From Planctomycetota bacterium (lineage in GTDB: Bacteria; Planctomycetota; B15-G4), in contig CBDFJQ010000002.1 of the NCBI GenBank assembly GCA_965248575.1, positions 4,128,001 through 4,192,000 of the forward strand: a stretch of DNA of 64,000 bases. The letters are read 5' to 3'. Below the pieces are notes generated by a model. That model saw only the letters and a program-made list of their open reading frames with translations. It was not told the origin of the DNA and made no database searches. The position numbers and the translations under genes are program-made. Of this stretch, positions 10,815 through 20,919 are shown piece after piece (position 1 is the first letter of the stretch; each line of letters begins with the position of its first letter).

Positions 10815-10915
10815 GTCGGGCTCAGTTCCTTCAAACGCAGCTCCGGTCGCCCGCGTTGCTTCTGGCATGCTGTGCGACTGCTTCCTTGTCCCGCGCCCGT
10901 TGTCCTTCGTGCTTG

Positions 10916-12787
10916 ATGTCCTTCGTGCCTGACTGCTCTTCGAAATGGACTGCGATCTGTCGTGTGCGCTTCCGGCCTTCGTGGTCGTGCGTCTGGCTGC
11001 TCGCCAGCTCCATGGCTGCCTTGGGTTGCGGGGCCGAGAGCGCACCCGGTGAAGGCGGCGTGAGCGCTGAGAACCCAAGCTCTGCGTCGACTTCTGAGTC
11101 GGCCGGGGTGACGACCGGAGCAGACTCTTCCAGGGCGGGGGGATCAGCCCTGGGCGAGGCGCTCGTGGACATGGCCGAGGCCGCCGGAATCGACTTCGTC
11201 CATACCCATGGCGGCCGCGGGAAGCGCTACTTGTTCGAGACCATGGGCTCGGGTGTGGCGGCCAGCGACTTCAACGGTGACGGTCGACCCGACTTGATAT
11301 TCCTGCAGAGCGGCACCCTGCCAGCCGACGAGTTCAACGAGAACGTGTTGAAGCAGGCGCGGCATGCCACGGGCACCAGCAGCTCGCTCTACCTGAACCA
11401 GGGGGCGTGGCGCTTCTCCAACGCCACCGAAGGCAGCGGCCTCGAAGACCCCTTCTACGCCATGGGCCTGGCGGTGGGGGACATCGACGCGGACGGCGAT
11501 CGGGATGTCTACGCCGCTGCCTATGGTTGGGATCGTCTGTTCGTGAACGACGGAGCAGCCCACTTCGAGAATCGGGCCGAGGCGGCGGGCGTGCGCGATC
11601 GGCGCTGGACCATCGGCGGGGCCTTCCTCGATGCGGACCTGGACGGCGACCTCGACCTCTACGCCCTCGGTTTCATCGACATGTCGCTCAAGGACCACCG
11701 GGTGTGTGGCCCATCGCCAGACGTCCGCCAGTACTGCCACGTGGATGGTTGGGAGGGCATCATCGACCGCCTGTGGGTCAACGACGGCTCGGGGAACTTC
11801 GTGGACGGGGGCGAGGCGGCGGGCATCTCGAGCGCCAAGCGGCGCGGCTTGGCGGTGATCGGCAGCGACTGGGACGACGATGGGGACACGGATCTGTTCG
11901 TGGCCAACGACAGTCAGGCCAACCTCGTCTGGCGCAACGAAGGGGATGGGACCTTCACCGACATCAGTGGCATGTCCGGCGCCGACCTGAATGAGCACGG
12001 CAAGAGCGAGGCCTGCATGGGCTCGGATATGGGCGACCTGGACAACGACGGTGACCCGGACCTCTACGTCGTGAACTTCCAGGCCGAGACCAACACCCTC
12101 TACCGCAACGACGGCGGCGGCTTCTTCACCGACGTCTCCGGCAGCAGCGGCACGGGCCAGCCCAGCCGCGACGCTCTGGGCTTCGGCACGGTCTTCGTGG
12201 ACATCGAGAACGACGGCGACCTCGACATCTATGTCGCCAACGGCCACATCATGGACAACATCGACGCCACCGAGAGCAGCAGCACCTACGCCCAACCCGA
12301 CCAGCTGATGCTCAACGACGGCGGTGGCCGCTTCGACGCGGCGGCACCGGAGCTCTCGGCGGCCCTGCGAGTGGGCCGGGTCGGTCGAGGGCTTGTGCGC
12401 GCTGATCTCGACGGGGACGGCGACCACGATCTGGTGGTGTCCAACAGCAACCAGCGCCCGTGGGTCCTACGCAACGACCTGGCGCAGGGCAACAGCATCG
12501 CCATCCGGCTGCACGGGCCAGGGGGGCGTGCGGATGCCGAGGGCGCGAAGCTCGTGTTCAGCGCCGGGGACAAGCGCTGGGTGCGCGAGCTGACCTCAGG
12601 CGGCAGCTACGAGAGCCACTCCGACAGCGAGATCATCGTGGGTCTGGGCGAGCTGATGCGCATCGAGAGCCTGAGCATTCGCTGGCCCGGCGGGAACACC
12701 ACGGAGCACGGTCCGCTGGATACGGGTAAGCGCTACAGCATCGCGTTCAACGGAGGCTTGGTTGCTGAGGCTCCCTTCGCTCGCTGA
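10916..12787 (+). CDS. CRTAC1/ASPIC-UnbV family FG-GAP repeat protein (start uncertain, 10916-11012)
   Basis: ETMGSGVAASDFNGDG, many DxDxDGDxD repeats, C-terminal GGSYESHSD..IVGLG..IRWPGG. Confidence 0.9.
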   Translation: MSFVPDCSSKWTAICRVRFRPSWSCVWLLASSMAALGCGAESAPGEGGVSAENPSSASTSESAGVTTGADSSRAGGSALGEALVDMAEAAGIDFVHTHGGRGKRYLFETMGSGVAASDFNGDGRPDLIFLQSGTLPADEFNENVLKQARHATGTSSSLYLNQGAWRFSNATEGSGLEDPFYAMGLAVGDIDADGDRDVYAAAYGWDRLFVNDGAAHFENRAEAAGVRDRRWTIGGAFLDADLDGDLDLYALGFIDMSLKDHRVCGPSPDVRQYCHVDGWEGIIDRLWVNDGSGNFVDGGEAAGISSAKRRGLAVIGSDWDDDGDTDLFVANDSQANLVWRNEGDGTFTDISGMSGADLNEHGKSEACMGSDMGDLDNDGDPDLYVVNFQAETNTLYRNDGGGFFTDVSGSSGTGQPSRDALGFGTVFVDIENDGDLDIYVANGHIMDNIDATESSSTYAQPDQLMLNDGGGRFDAAAPELSAALRVGRVGRGLVRADLDGDGDHDLVVSNSNQRPWVLRNDLAQGNSIAIRLHGPGGRADAEGAKLVFSAGDKRWVRELTSGGSYESHSDSEIIVGLGELMRIESLSIRWPGGNTTEHGPLDTGKRYSIAFNGGLVAEAPFAR

Positions 12788-12834
12788 TCATCCGGCTCGT
12801 TGTAATTGGTCACTCTAGTGGGAGGCACGGGCGA

Positions 12835-13593
12835 ATGGACTCGACGCGCCAGGGAGACGACGGACGGTTGGGCGGAAGGATTCTGAGCTTGCTGCTTCTG
12901 TGCTGCGTGGCGCTGCTCGGGTGTACGACACCACTTCCGGTCGTTGCCCGGGTCTCGGGGCGGGTGCTCTTCAACGGTGAGTTTCCGCTGCTGAAACGCG
13001 TGACGATGAAGGCTGAACCTTACTGCGTCGATGCCGTGGGCTCCGAGACGCTGCCCGAGGAGCGCGCGCTGCGTGACTCAGAGGGCGGCTTGGCCAACGT
13101 GTTGGTGTTCGTGAGCGACGGTCACGCCGGTCGGCTGCCAGATGGCCTGTCGCCGGAGCTGCTGGGCGAGGTGCTTCTTGACGCGAGGCAGTGCGCCTTC
13201 ACGCCTCGGGTCTTGGGTGTCAGGGCACGCCAGTCGGTGGTCATGACGAACCACGATGATGTGATGCACCGTTTCCACCCTAACCCGACCCGCAACCGCG
13301 GCCATGAGCCGGGAATGCCGAACACGGGGCGGGAGCAGACCTTCGCGTTTCGGAACGCAGAGCGTCCCTTCCGCGTGATGTGTGACGTCCATGTCTGGGA
13401 GCGGGCATGGATCGGGGTCTTCGACCATCCCTGGTTTGCTGTCACGGACGAGCACGGGGTCTTCGAGCTGCCCGAGGGGCTGGAACCAGGGGCCTACACC
13501 CTCACGGCCTGGCATGAGGTGCTCGGGGAACGGACCTATCAGCTCATCGTGTCAGAGGGTGAAGCGGCACGCTTGGTGGAGCTGAACTACTGA
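12835..13593 (+). CDS. Exported cupredoxin-like / carboxypeptidase-regulatory-like protein
   Basis: LLGC lipobox, CAFTPRV, NHDDVMH, CDVHVW, HPWFAVTDEHGVF, GAYTLTAWHE. Confidence 0.7.
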   Translation: MDSTRQGDDGRLGGRILSLLLLCCVALLGCTTPLPVVARVSGRVLFNGEFPLLKRVTMKAEPYCVDAVGSETLPEERALRDSEGGLANVLVFVSDGHAGRLPDGLSPELLGEVLLDARQCAFTPRVLGVRARQSVVMTNHDDVMHRFHPNPTRNRGHEPGMPNTGREQTFAFRNAERPFRVMCDVHVWERAWIGVFDHPWFAVTDEHGVFELPEGLEPGAYTLTAWHEVLGERTYQLIVSEGEAARLVELNY

Positions 13594-13630
13594 CGGCCAG
13601 AATGGGCCACGCCCTGAGCTCAGGCTCGGC

Positions 13631-14587
13631 TTAGAGCACTTCGTCCGGGCCTTCGTCGTAGACGGGCACCTCTTTGATGACTTCCGACTGGCCGTGCTCG
13701 CGCTCACGCCACAGCAGGTACTCGTCAATCTCATCCTGGTTGGCGGAGATCTCACTCAGGGAACGCATGAGCGAGCGTTCGCGGGACGAGAAGTCGACGC
13801 CCGTGGTGGAGCCGAAGTCGTCGTTGAGCGGGTCGAAGAAGAACAAGCCCACGATGAAATCGGCAATCTCCACCGGGTGCACGTCAGCTTCGGCGCCGGC
13901 GAAGAGGACGGTGGCGCCGCCGCCGATGGCCCAGTAGTCGCGGAAGTCGCGGTAGAGCGGTGAGGAGAACATGTGCAGCCCGCCTTCACCGAAGCTGCCG
14001 CCCTGCACGCCGGAGGTGCCTGCCTGGAAGCCGCTGATGACCTCGACGCCGAAGGGCAGGATGTTGAAGCCCGCCTCGGCCTGGGCCAGCACGCCCAGCG
14101 AACGGTGATCGTGCCAACCCAAGCCAGCGACCGAGCGCGCTCCAAAGGCGAACTGCACGGCGCGGGTGACGTGGGCATCGACCCAGAGACCGAAGCCGAG
14201 GTGCACGTCGAAGGACACGATGTCGAACACATCGAGGATGCGGTCGGGGATGTACCACAGCACGTGCTCGTACCAGGCGACGTCGATGGGCTGCCGGATG
14301 GCGACGTTGCTGCCGAGGAAACTGTTGTTGAAGAGGTTCTCGAGGTCTGCGGGGAGGCCGGCCAAGGCGGCTTGGACGCCGGGGTAGTCGGGGTCGACCT
14401 CGCTGACCGCATGCGCCAACTGGAACGATTCGATGGCGTTGCCCTGGGCCATGCGTTCCGTGGATGAGCGCATGGCGTGGTTCATGACCACGTCGATCTC
14501 GGAGCCGGAGCGTGGGGTGCTGCACCCCGCGCTTCCAACCAGCGCGGCGGCGAGCATGATTGCGGCAAAGAGACCTGTGCGCTTCAT
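13631..14587 (-). CDS. Hypothetical lipoprotein
   Basis: MKRTGLFAAIMLAAALVGSAGC lipoprotein signal; strong coding codon bias; DRILDVFDI and HPVEIADFIVG segments. Confidence 0.7.
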   Translation of the reverse strand: MKRTGLFAAIMLAAALVGSAGCSTPRSGSEIDVVMNHAMRSSTERMAQGNAIESFQLAHAVSEVDPDYPGVQAALAGLPADLENLFNNSFLGSNVAIRQPIDVAWYEHVLWYIPDRILDVFDIVSFDVHLGFGLWVDAHVTRAVQFAFGARSVAGLGWHDHRSLGVLAQAEAGFNILPFGVEVISGFQAGTSGVQGGSFGEGGLHMFSSPLYRDFRDYWAIGGGATVLFAGAEADVHPVEIADFIVGLFFFDPLNDDFGSTTGVDFSSRERSLMRSLSEISANQDEIDEYLLWREREHGQSEVIKEVPVYDEGPDEVL

Positions 14588-14733
14588 CGTGTTCCGGCTC
14601 CCGTTCATGGTGGTTCCAGCGACTTGCGGCCCCTGCTGAGCGTACCGCTGCTCAACACACCATGGCGCGCCAGAAGCCCTGATTGAAGTCTGGAGTGCGG
14701 GAGCTTTGGGTCGCCAGCCCGCGCAGAGGACGC

Positions 14734-15270
14734 TCAGCCCTTCTTGAAGCCCACCACCCAGCCGGCCAGCAGGGCCGCCGCAGACGGAACCCGATCGGTG
14801 AGGAAGTCGGTGAAGGTGGCGTTCTCCTTCAGGTTGAAGACCCATTCATTGAGTTGGGCAATGACGCCGTCCCAGTCCACCTCGAACCAACCCGCTTGGA
14901 CGCCGGCCTGTGTCCCGAGGAAGAGGACCGCCATCAAGATCAGCAGGATCTTCACGATCTTGCGGGTGGTGTAGCCCAGGGCGAAGCCGATCAAACCGAA
15001 GAAGCTGGCCTCGGTGAGATACGGGAGGTACTTCTCGAGGCCCTCGGGCGATTCGCTCGCCTCGGCCGTAGCGCCGCCCGCGGTGAGGGCACTGGCACCC
15101 GGCGCGAGCACGGTGGACTCGCTGGTGGCGGCCCCGGCGTCGGGTGCCAAGGCGGCGCGCACGGCAATGGAGCCGACAAGCAGGACGGCGAGCAGCCCCA
15201 GGACAACCTTCTGCAGGGTCGTGGGGCCGGTGGCGCTGGCTGAGGAACCGCTGGTCTTCGAAGTCGTCAT
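14734..15270 (-). CDS. FUN14-family membrane protein
   Basis: GLIGFALGYTTRKIVK, GWFEVDW, C-terminal GWVVGFKKG. Confidence 0.8.
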   Translation of the reverse strand: MTTSKTSGSSASATGPTTLQKVVLGLLAVLLVGSIAVRAALAPDAGAATSESTVLAPGASALTAGGATAEASESPEGLEKYLPYLTEASFFGLIGFALGYTTRKIVKILLILMAVLFLGTQAGVQAGWFEVDWDGVIAQLNEWVFNLKENATFTDFLTDRVPSAAALLAGWVVGFKKG

Positions 15271-15428
15271 GGGGGTCGAGGCTACACCTCGGCATCCGCG
15301 ATGGGAATCTCGGGAGGAGGTTACGTCTCTTGAGAATGGGCCTAACCTGGAGGCAGGCACCCGGGTTTGGGTTGTCCCTGTAGCAGGAGAAGGGCAGGAG
15401 AAGAGCAGAGGAAAAAGAGGAGGTCGTC

Positions 15429-17072
15429 GTGTTCAAGACCCTGGTCCTTGTGGCGCTGTCCAGCGTGTTGTTGATGCACCCGTCGGCGGCTCAGCTGCCG
15501 GTTCCTCCTGGGAGTTTGGATCTCCAAGGGCAACTCCTTGAGCTAACCCCCGAGCATCTTCTCGTCTTGCACTTCGAAGGAGGCGCAAGCGACGCCGACC
15601 TCAACGGCGACGGCGACAAGCAAGACTATGTCGTGTCCTTGCGTCATCACGGGAGCGGCCGGTCACAGTTGTTTCCAGTGGCCATCTCTCAGGTTCACTG
15701 GCTGCGTGACCCCTCGACTGGCGAGTTCAGTCGGTACATCGCCCTGTACGTGCGCGAATCCGATCACTCGGTGGACCTCAATGGAGACGGTGACCTTGCA
15801 GATGAAGGCGCCATGCTGATCGACGTGCGGTTCAGGAAGCTCATCAAGTTGCCCTTCGCCGTGAAAATGTCCTCCATTCGATTTTCTGGCGACTCCATTG
15901 CCTTCTCGGTTTCCGAAGCCCAGCAGGCTGCAGCGGATCTGAACGGAGACGGTGACGCTTCAGACTTCGTCGTTCACGTGCATGACCTGAAGAGTCAGGT
16001 CACCACCAACGTTGGGATCGCCTCGGGAGGATTCAGTCTCGACGTGCGTGCCACTGGCAGCGGGTTCGCCGTGTTGGTCTGGGAGTTCGCCCAAGGAGGA
16101 ATCGATCTGGGAGGCGACGGGCTGGTCTCTGGCAACGTGATGCACCTCGTCAGTCAGGCTGGCCTCGCTACCAATACCGGCATTGCACCCTTGGGGCATG
16201 TCGTCGTCGGGGACGCCATCGTCCTGGCGGGTTCCGAGAGCTTCTCGGGAGAGGACTTTGACGGCGACGGTGTCGTGAGCACCAACAAGGCTTTGCTGTT
16301 GCTGGATGTCGAAACAGGCAATGCAGACTATCTCGGCGTGAGCGACCTCCTCCTCGGTCTCGGTACGTTTACGACGTCGACCATCGCACCCTACGCCTAC
16401 ACCCAGTTCGATGGGGAGATACTGCGGGTGAACACTCTCGACGGAACCCTGGCCACCGTGGATTCCATGCCGGTGCCCGTTGGGGAAGACCTTGCAGTCG
16501 TTTACGTGCCAGAGTCTGGCGTTTCGGATCTGAACGGCGACGGCGATTTCGGGGACGTCGTGATCCACCTCGCCGACGTGGAGACCCAAACGCCAGCCAC
16601 GAATCTGGGCGTCTCGACCCAGCCCATCTTCAATCAACCCGTTGCCAAGGGAGCGGACGGAGTCGTGGTCACGACGATCTCGGAGAAGTCACAGGGCAAC
16701 CGGGACAGAAACCTCGACGGCGACACGAAGGACTTCACGTTGTTGGTTCATCATGTGGCCAGCGGACAGAACCACGAAGTCCCCTTGGGGGTCGTTCAAT
16801 TTGAGACGAGCTCGGGCTTGGTGGCGTTCCTGGTGTCCGAGGCTGGGAATGGTTCTGCCAACCTCAACCACGATGGCGATGCGAAGGATCATGTCCTGCA
16901 CGTGATGAACGTGCGTACGGGCCAGCTCATGAACCTGAAGGCGGGTACTGCATCGTTCCAATTGGTGGGCCGGCGCCTCGCTTGGACGGTCAGTGAGCAA
17001 GACGAAGGCGGGAGCGACTTCAATGGCGACGGCGACAGCCTCGACCTCTTCGTGCACATGCTGGAACTCTAG
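15429..17072 (+). CDS. Secreted repeat protein with about nine DxNGDGD-type Ca-binding loops
   Basis: Strong SD (GAGGAGG), signal peptide, recurring SE..Q...DLNGDGD..D.V.H units. Confidence 0.75.
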   Translation: MFKTLVLVALSSVLLMHPSAAQLPVPPGSLDLQGQLLELTPEHLLVLHFEGGASDADLNGDGDKQDYVVSLRHHGSGRSQLFPVAISQVHWLRDPSTGEFSRYIALYVRESDHSVDLNGDGDLADEGAMLIDVRFRKLIKLPFAVKMSSIRFSGDSIAFSVSEAQQAAADLNGDGDASDFVVHVHDLKSQVTTNVGIASGGFSLDVRATGSGFAVLVWEFAQGGIDLGGDGLVSGNVMHLVSQAGLATNTGIAPLGHVVVGDAIVLAGSESFSGEDFDGDGVVSTNKALLLLDVETGNADYLGVSDLLLGLGTFTTSTIAPYAYTQFDGEILRVNTLDGTLATVDSMPVPVGEDLAVVYVPESGVSDLNGDGDFGDVVIHLADVETQTPATNLGVSTQPIFNQPVAKGADGVVVTTISEKSQGNRDRNLDGDTKDFTLLVHHVASGQNHEVPLGVVQFETSSGLVAFLVSEAGNGSANLNHDGDAKDHVLHVMNVRTGQLMNLKAGTASFQLVGRRLAWTVSEQDEGGSDFNGDGDSLDLFVHMLEL

Positions 17073-17194
17073 ATCCACCTGGCCTGACGGACACGAATCC
17101 GCGCCCTCCGAACATGTTCCGGGTGACGGAGTGTGAGAGACGGGCCCGTGGGTTACGTACGATGCGGGACGAAGCGGCCGGATGATGGGGTCGT

Positions 17195-18943
17195 GTGAAT
17201 CGTGCGCGGAGGGACGGCCCTTTGGCCCAGAAGAAGGTGACGGCACGGACCAGTCTGCGCGAGCTGAAACAGCTGCTCACCACTTATGTCGGTGAGGTCG
17301 CAGCCCGAAAGTTCGCGTGTCTTCGCTTTCTGGGGCGCCGACGCTTGGACACAGCCCAGGAGGTGCTCGAATTCCATGAGGCCCTGTGCTTCCTGCGCGC
17401 CCACCCCGACAACGGCGAGGTCCTGGCGGAGGTGGAGCAGCAGCTGGAGCGCTTCCATGCCCGCGGGGACGTCCGGGCATTCCGGGACGAGCTCGCGGAG
17501 AGCGGCGTGGCGGGCACGGACATCCACTACCCCTTCTTCGCGCCCATGGCTGCCTGGCTCTCCAAGACCTGCGGCCAGCACCTGACCATCGACTGGGAGA
17601 GCGTGGATGAGCGCGCCGAGGCCCAGCTTCTGGCCTGGCTTGAGTCCTTCGTCTCCCCCGCGGAGTTGTTCGGGCTGTTCGAAGAGAAGCGCTCGGTGCG
17701 GGAGTGGGTCGAGCGGCTCAAGCACGAGGACGAATCGGACGCGGGCTTTCTCGTGCGCTGCTTCGCGGGCTTACCGGCTACGGCTCCGGTGCGCTCCCGG
17801 GCGCTGGAGGTGCTCGACCTGGGCTACCGGCTGGAGGGTTCGGCGGAGGGGCCTTCCCGCAGCACGGCCCACTGGCCCAAGAGCCGCGTGTGCTTCCAGC
17901 AGCAACCCCTGCGTCGGGCGCGCCCCGATCTCAAGTCCGCATGGAGGCAGCCGCCCCGTTCCGTGCGCGCGGTCTCGGCTCGCGACGGTCAGCGGCTCAT
18001 CGACCTGGCCCGAGAGGCCATGGTGACCCGTGGGCGGGACCTCGACTCCTTCGCCTACGGCGACCCCCACGATGTGCGCATGATCGACTGTGGCGAGGGC
18101 CTGGAGTTCGCGTGCATCGGGCTGCGTCACGAACAGCGCAACGTGCTCGATGCCGTCTACGGATTCTTGACGCTCATGAACGGCGTGCCCATCGGCTACG
18201 TCCTGGCCAGCGCGCTCTTCCGCTCGTCGGAGATCGCCTACAACGTCTTCGAGACCTGGCGCGGCGGCGAGGCCGGTTACGTCTACGGCCGCGTGATCGG
18301 CATGCTGCACGCGCTGTTCGGGAGCGACGCCTTCACCATCTACCCCTACCAGCTGGGCCATGGCAATGAAGAGGGCCTGCGCTCGGGCTCGTGGTGGTTC
18401 TATCAGAAGCTCGGCTTCCGGCCCCGGGATGAGAAACGCCTACGCTTGATGGAGAAGGAACTGGGGGCGATGCGTCGAGACCCGACCCACCGCAGCAGCC
18501 GCGCCACCCTGGCGACCCTCGCGTCGGCCAACGTCTACTGGTCACCACGGGCGCCCCGGGACGACATCATCGGCGTCTTCCCGGGCGTGGCTCTGAGCCT
18601 CGCGGTGTCCGACCTCATGGCCCAGCGCTTCGGCTCGGATCGACGTCGGGGCGAACGAGAGCTGGGGGACGAAGCGGCCAAACGCCTGGGGGTCAGGAAC
18701 CGGGCCCGCTGGAATCCGGAAGAGCGCAGAGCCTGGGCGCGTTGGGCGCCGGTGCTCGCCCTGCTTCCTGGCCTGGAAGGCTGGAGTGCGGAGTCCCGGC
18801 GGGGTCTGGTGCGGGTGGTGCGCGCCAAGGGTGGTCGCCACGAGTCGGACTTCGTGCGCTTGTTCGACGCACACCGCCCCCTTCGCCAGGCGCTAAAGGC
18901 CTTGGGAAAGCGCCTGGCGTCACGCCCTGCACGGGGCGGCTGA
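17195..18943 (+). CDS. Hypothetical protein with a possible GNAT-like domain
   Basis: 582-aa ORF with coding codon bias; WWFYQKLGF resembles GNAT motif B. Confidence 0.7.
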   Translation: MNRARRDGPLAQKKVTARTSLRELKQLLTTYVGEVAARKFACLRFLGRRRLDTAQEVLEFHEALCFLRAHPDNGEVLAEVEQQLERFHARGDVRAFRDELAESGVAGTDIHYPFFAPMAAWLSKTCGQHLTIDWESVDERAEAQLLAWLESFVSPAELFGLFEEKRSVREWVERLKHEDESDAGFLVRCFAGLPATAPVRSRALEVLDLGYRLEGSAEGPSRSTAHWPKSRVCFQQQPLRRARPDLKSAWRQPPRSVRAVSARDGQRLIDLAREAMVTRGRDLDSFAYGDPHDVRMIDCGEGLEFACIGLRHEQRNVLDAVYGFLTLMNGVPIGYVLASALFRSSEIAYNVFETWRGGEAGYVYGRVIGMLHALFGSDAFTIYPYQLGHGNEEGLRSGSWWFYQKLGFRPRDEKRLRLMEKELGAMRRDPTHRSSRATLATLASANVYWSPRAPRDDIIGVFPGVALSLAVSDLMAQRFGSDRRRGERELGDEAAKRLGVRNRARWNPEERRAWARWAPVLALLPGLEGWSAESRRGLVRVVRAKGGRHESDFVRLFDAHRPLRQALKALGKRLASRPARGG

Positions 18944-18983
18944 GGTCGACAGCAGGGCGGCCAGCACGAGTGAACGTCCTAGC

Positions 18984-20102
18984 TCAGCTGCGGATGCGCT
19001 CCAGGATGCGGTCCGTCTCGGCCAGGACCTCGGTCACGCACTCCGGCGTGTGGTCGCCCATGTGGCCGATGCGCCAGTGGGTCGTCTTGGTCTTGCCGTA
19101 GCCGCCGGTGATGAAGTAACCCGCGGCACGGTAGCCCTTGACCAGTTCGGCCATGGGGAAGCTGCCCTTGGCGTCGATGCTCGTGACGGTGGGGCTCAGG
19201 AAGCGTTCCTCCTGGGCCAGGGTTCCCATGCCGTTGGCGGCCGCCCAGTCGAGGACCAGGCGCTGCATCTTCAGGTGCTTCTCGAAGCGCGCGGCCATGC
19301 CACCGCTGGCGGCGATGTCCTGCAATTGCACGCGCAAGGCCTGCATGACGGAGATGGAGGGCGTGGTGGAGGTCATGCCCTTGTCGTCCTGGTACTGCAG
19401 GGCGGAGCGCAGGTCGTTGGTGTATCCGCGGCCGGGGACCTCATCCATACGGGCCGCTGCGCGCGGGGACACGGCAGCCAGCGCGAGGGCTGCGGGCAGG
19501 GCCCATGCCTTCTGCACACCTCCCACGGCGATGTCGATGTCGATGGCGTCGAAGTCGATCTGGGCACCGCAGGCGCTGGAGGTGACGTCCACGCACACCA
19601 GGGCGTCGGGGCAGGTGGCGCGCACGCCGCGCGCCACGCCGGCGATGTCGGACAACACTCCGGTGCTCGTTTCACAGTGGGCCACCATGACGGCGTCCAC
19701 TGGTCCGTGCTCCTTCACGGCCGCGGCCACGGACTGCTCGTCCCAGCCATCACCCCACTCCTTCTCGACCTTCACCGCGTCCAGACCACAGGCGCTGGAC
19801 AGCTTGAACCAGAGGTTGGAGAAGTTGCCGTTCACCAGGTGCAGCAGCTTGCCGCCGGGGCGCGTCACGCTGCGGCTGACCCCTTCCATGGCGGCCGTGG
19901 ACGAGCAGCTGAGCACGACCACATCGCCCTGCGTCCCGAAGCACTCGCGGATACCGGGCAGGACGTCGGCCAGCAGCTCTTTCATGAACTCGCTGCGGTG
20001 CCCGATCATGGGCTTGGCTTGGGCCTCGAGCAGCTTCTTGCGCACGTGGGTCGGGCCGGGGATGAAGAGCTTGAGATCGGACGGGTCGGAGGGGGCAGAC
20101 AC
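18984..20102 (-). CDS. Class V PLP aminotransferase (AGT/SPT type), probable phosphoserine aminotransferase
   Basis: LFIPGPT, IGHRS, HCETSTG, VDVTSS, GVQKAW, RIGHMG; last gene of the serA-serB run. Confidence 0.85.
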   Translation of the reverse strand: MSAPSDPSDLKLFIPGPTHVRKKLLEAQAKPMIGHRSEFMKELLADVLPGIRECFGTQGDVVVLSCSSTAAMEGVSRSVTRPGGKLLHLVNGNFSNLWFKLSSACGLDAVKVEKEWGDGWDEQSVAAAVKEHGPVDAVMVAHCETSTGVLSDIAGVARGVRATCPDALVCVDVTSSACGAQIDFDAIDIDIAVGGVQKAWALPAALALAAVSPRAAARMDEVPGRGYTNDLRSALQYQDDKGMTSTTPSISVMQALRVQLQDIAASGGMAARFEKHLKMQRLVLDWAAANGMGTLAQEERFLSPTVTSIDAKGSFPMAELVKGYRAAGYFITGGYGKTKTTHWRIGHMGDHTPECVTEVLAETDRILERIRS

Positions 20103-20123
20103 GGGAGCTTCCTGTTGTGGTGG

Positions 20124-20843
20124 TTAGAAGGTGCGCACGCGCTGCATGAGCGGCGCATGGCGGGGTGAACGGTTGAGGTAGTCGAGTTCTTCTTCGCTAA
20201 GGATGACGGGCAGCAGGGCGGCGAGGTCCGAGGCATCGACCACCGCGTCGGCCTGGGCGGCGACGTCCTCGCGCAGGGCCACGCCGCCGAAGCACACGAA
20301 GGCACTCACGGCGTCTTTGGCCTCGGCGTCGGTGATGCCGTCGCCGATGAACACCGTGTGCTTCTCGGGCATGGCCGCGAGCACCTCTTGCTTGCCGCCG
20401 TTGCGAGCGAGGGGGCTTTTGCGGTCGTAGTCGCGGTAGCGGCCGTGGTGGTCGAAGTAGACCTGAACTGCGGTCACCAGCTGGTCTTTGATGCCCAGCC
20501 AGCGGCCGAAGGCGCCCACGGGCAGGCTCAGGCCGCCCGAGACGATGCGCACTTCCTTGTCGAGGCCGTGTAGGGCGGAGACCACGTCGCGTGCCCCGGC
20601 CACCGCCGTGTCGATGTAGCGCTGGCCCACCTTGATCACGTCGATCTGCCGCGGGGACAGCAGCTCGAGCCGCTTGCCATAGACGGCGTCCAACGGGATC
20701 TCCCCGTTCATGGCCTGGTTGGTGAGGTCCTCGATGCCTTGCCGGAGCTCATCCGTGCCAGCCAATTCCTCGATGCCCTCCACACAAGACAGCGTGGAGT
20801 CGCAGTCGAAGACGACGCGGTCGAAGGGCGGTTGCAGGGCCAT
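20124..20843 (-). CDS. serB: Phosphoserine phosphatase (HAD-IB)
   Basis: FDCDSTL, AMNGE, VSGG, IGDGITD motifs; adjacent to serA. Confidence 0.85.
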   Translation of the reverse strand: MALQPPFDRVVFDCDSTLSCVEGIEELAGTDELRQGIEDLTNQAMNGEIPLDAVYGKRLELLSPRQIDVIKVGQRYIDTAVAGARDVVSALHGLDKEVRIVSGGLSLPVGAFGRWLGIKDQLVTAVQVYFDHHGRYRDYDRKSPLARNGGKQEVLAAMPEKHTVFIGDGITDAEAKDAVSAFVCFGGVALREDVAAQADAVVDASDLAALLPVILSEEELDYLNRSPRHAPLMQRVRTF

Positions 20844-20919
20844 GGGATGGCAGGGAGGCGGTGGGTTCAATCCGGCTGTGAGGCCGAACGCCTGGTTGCC
20901 CCGGAGAGGCGGCTGCCCC

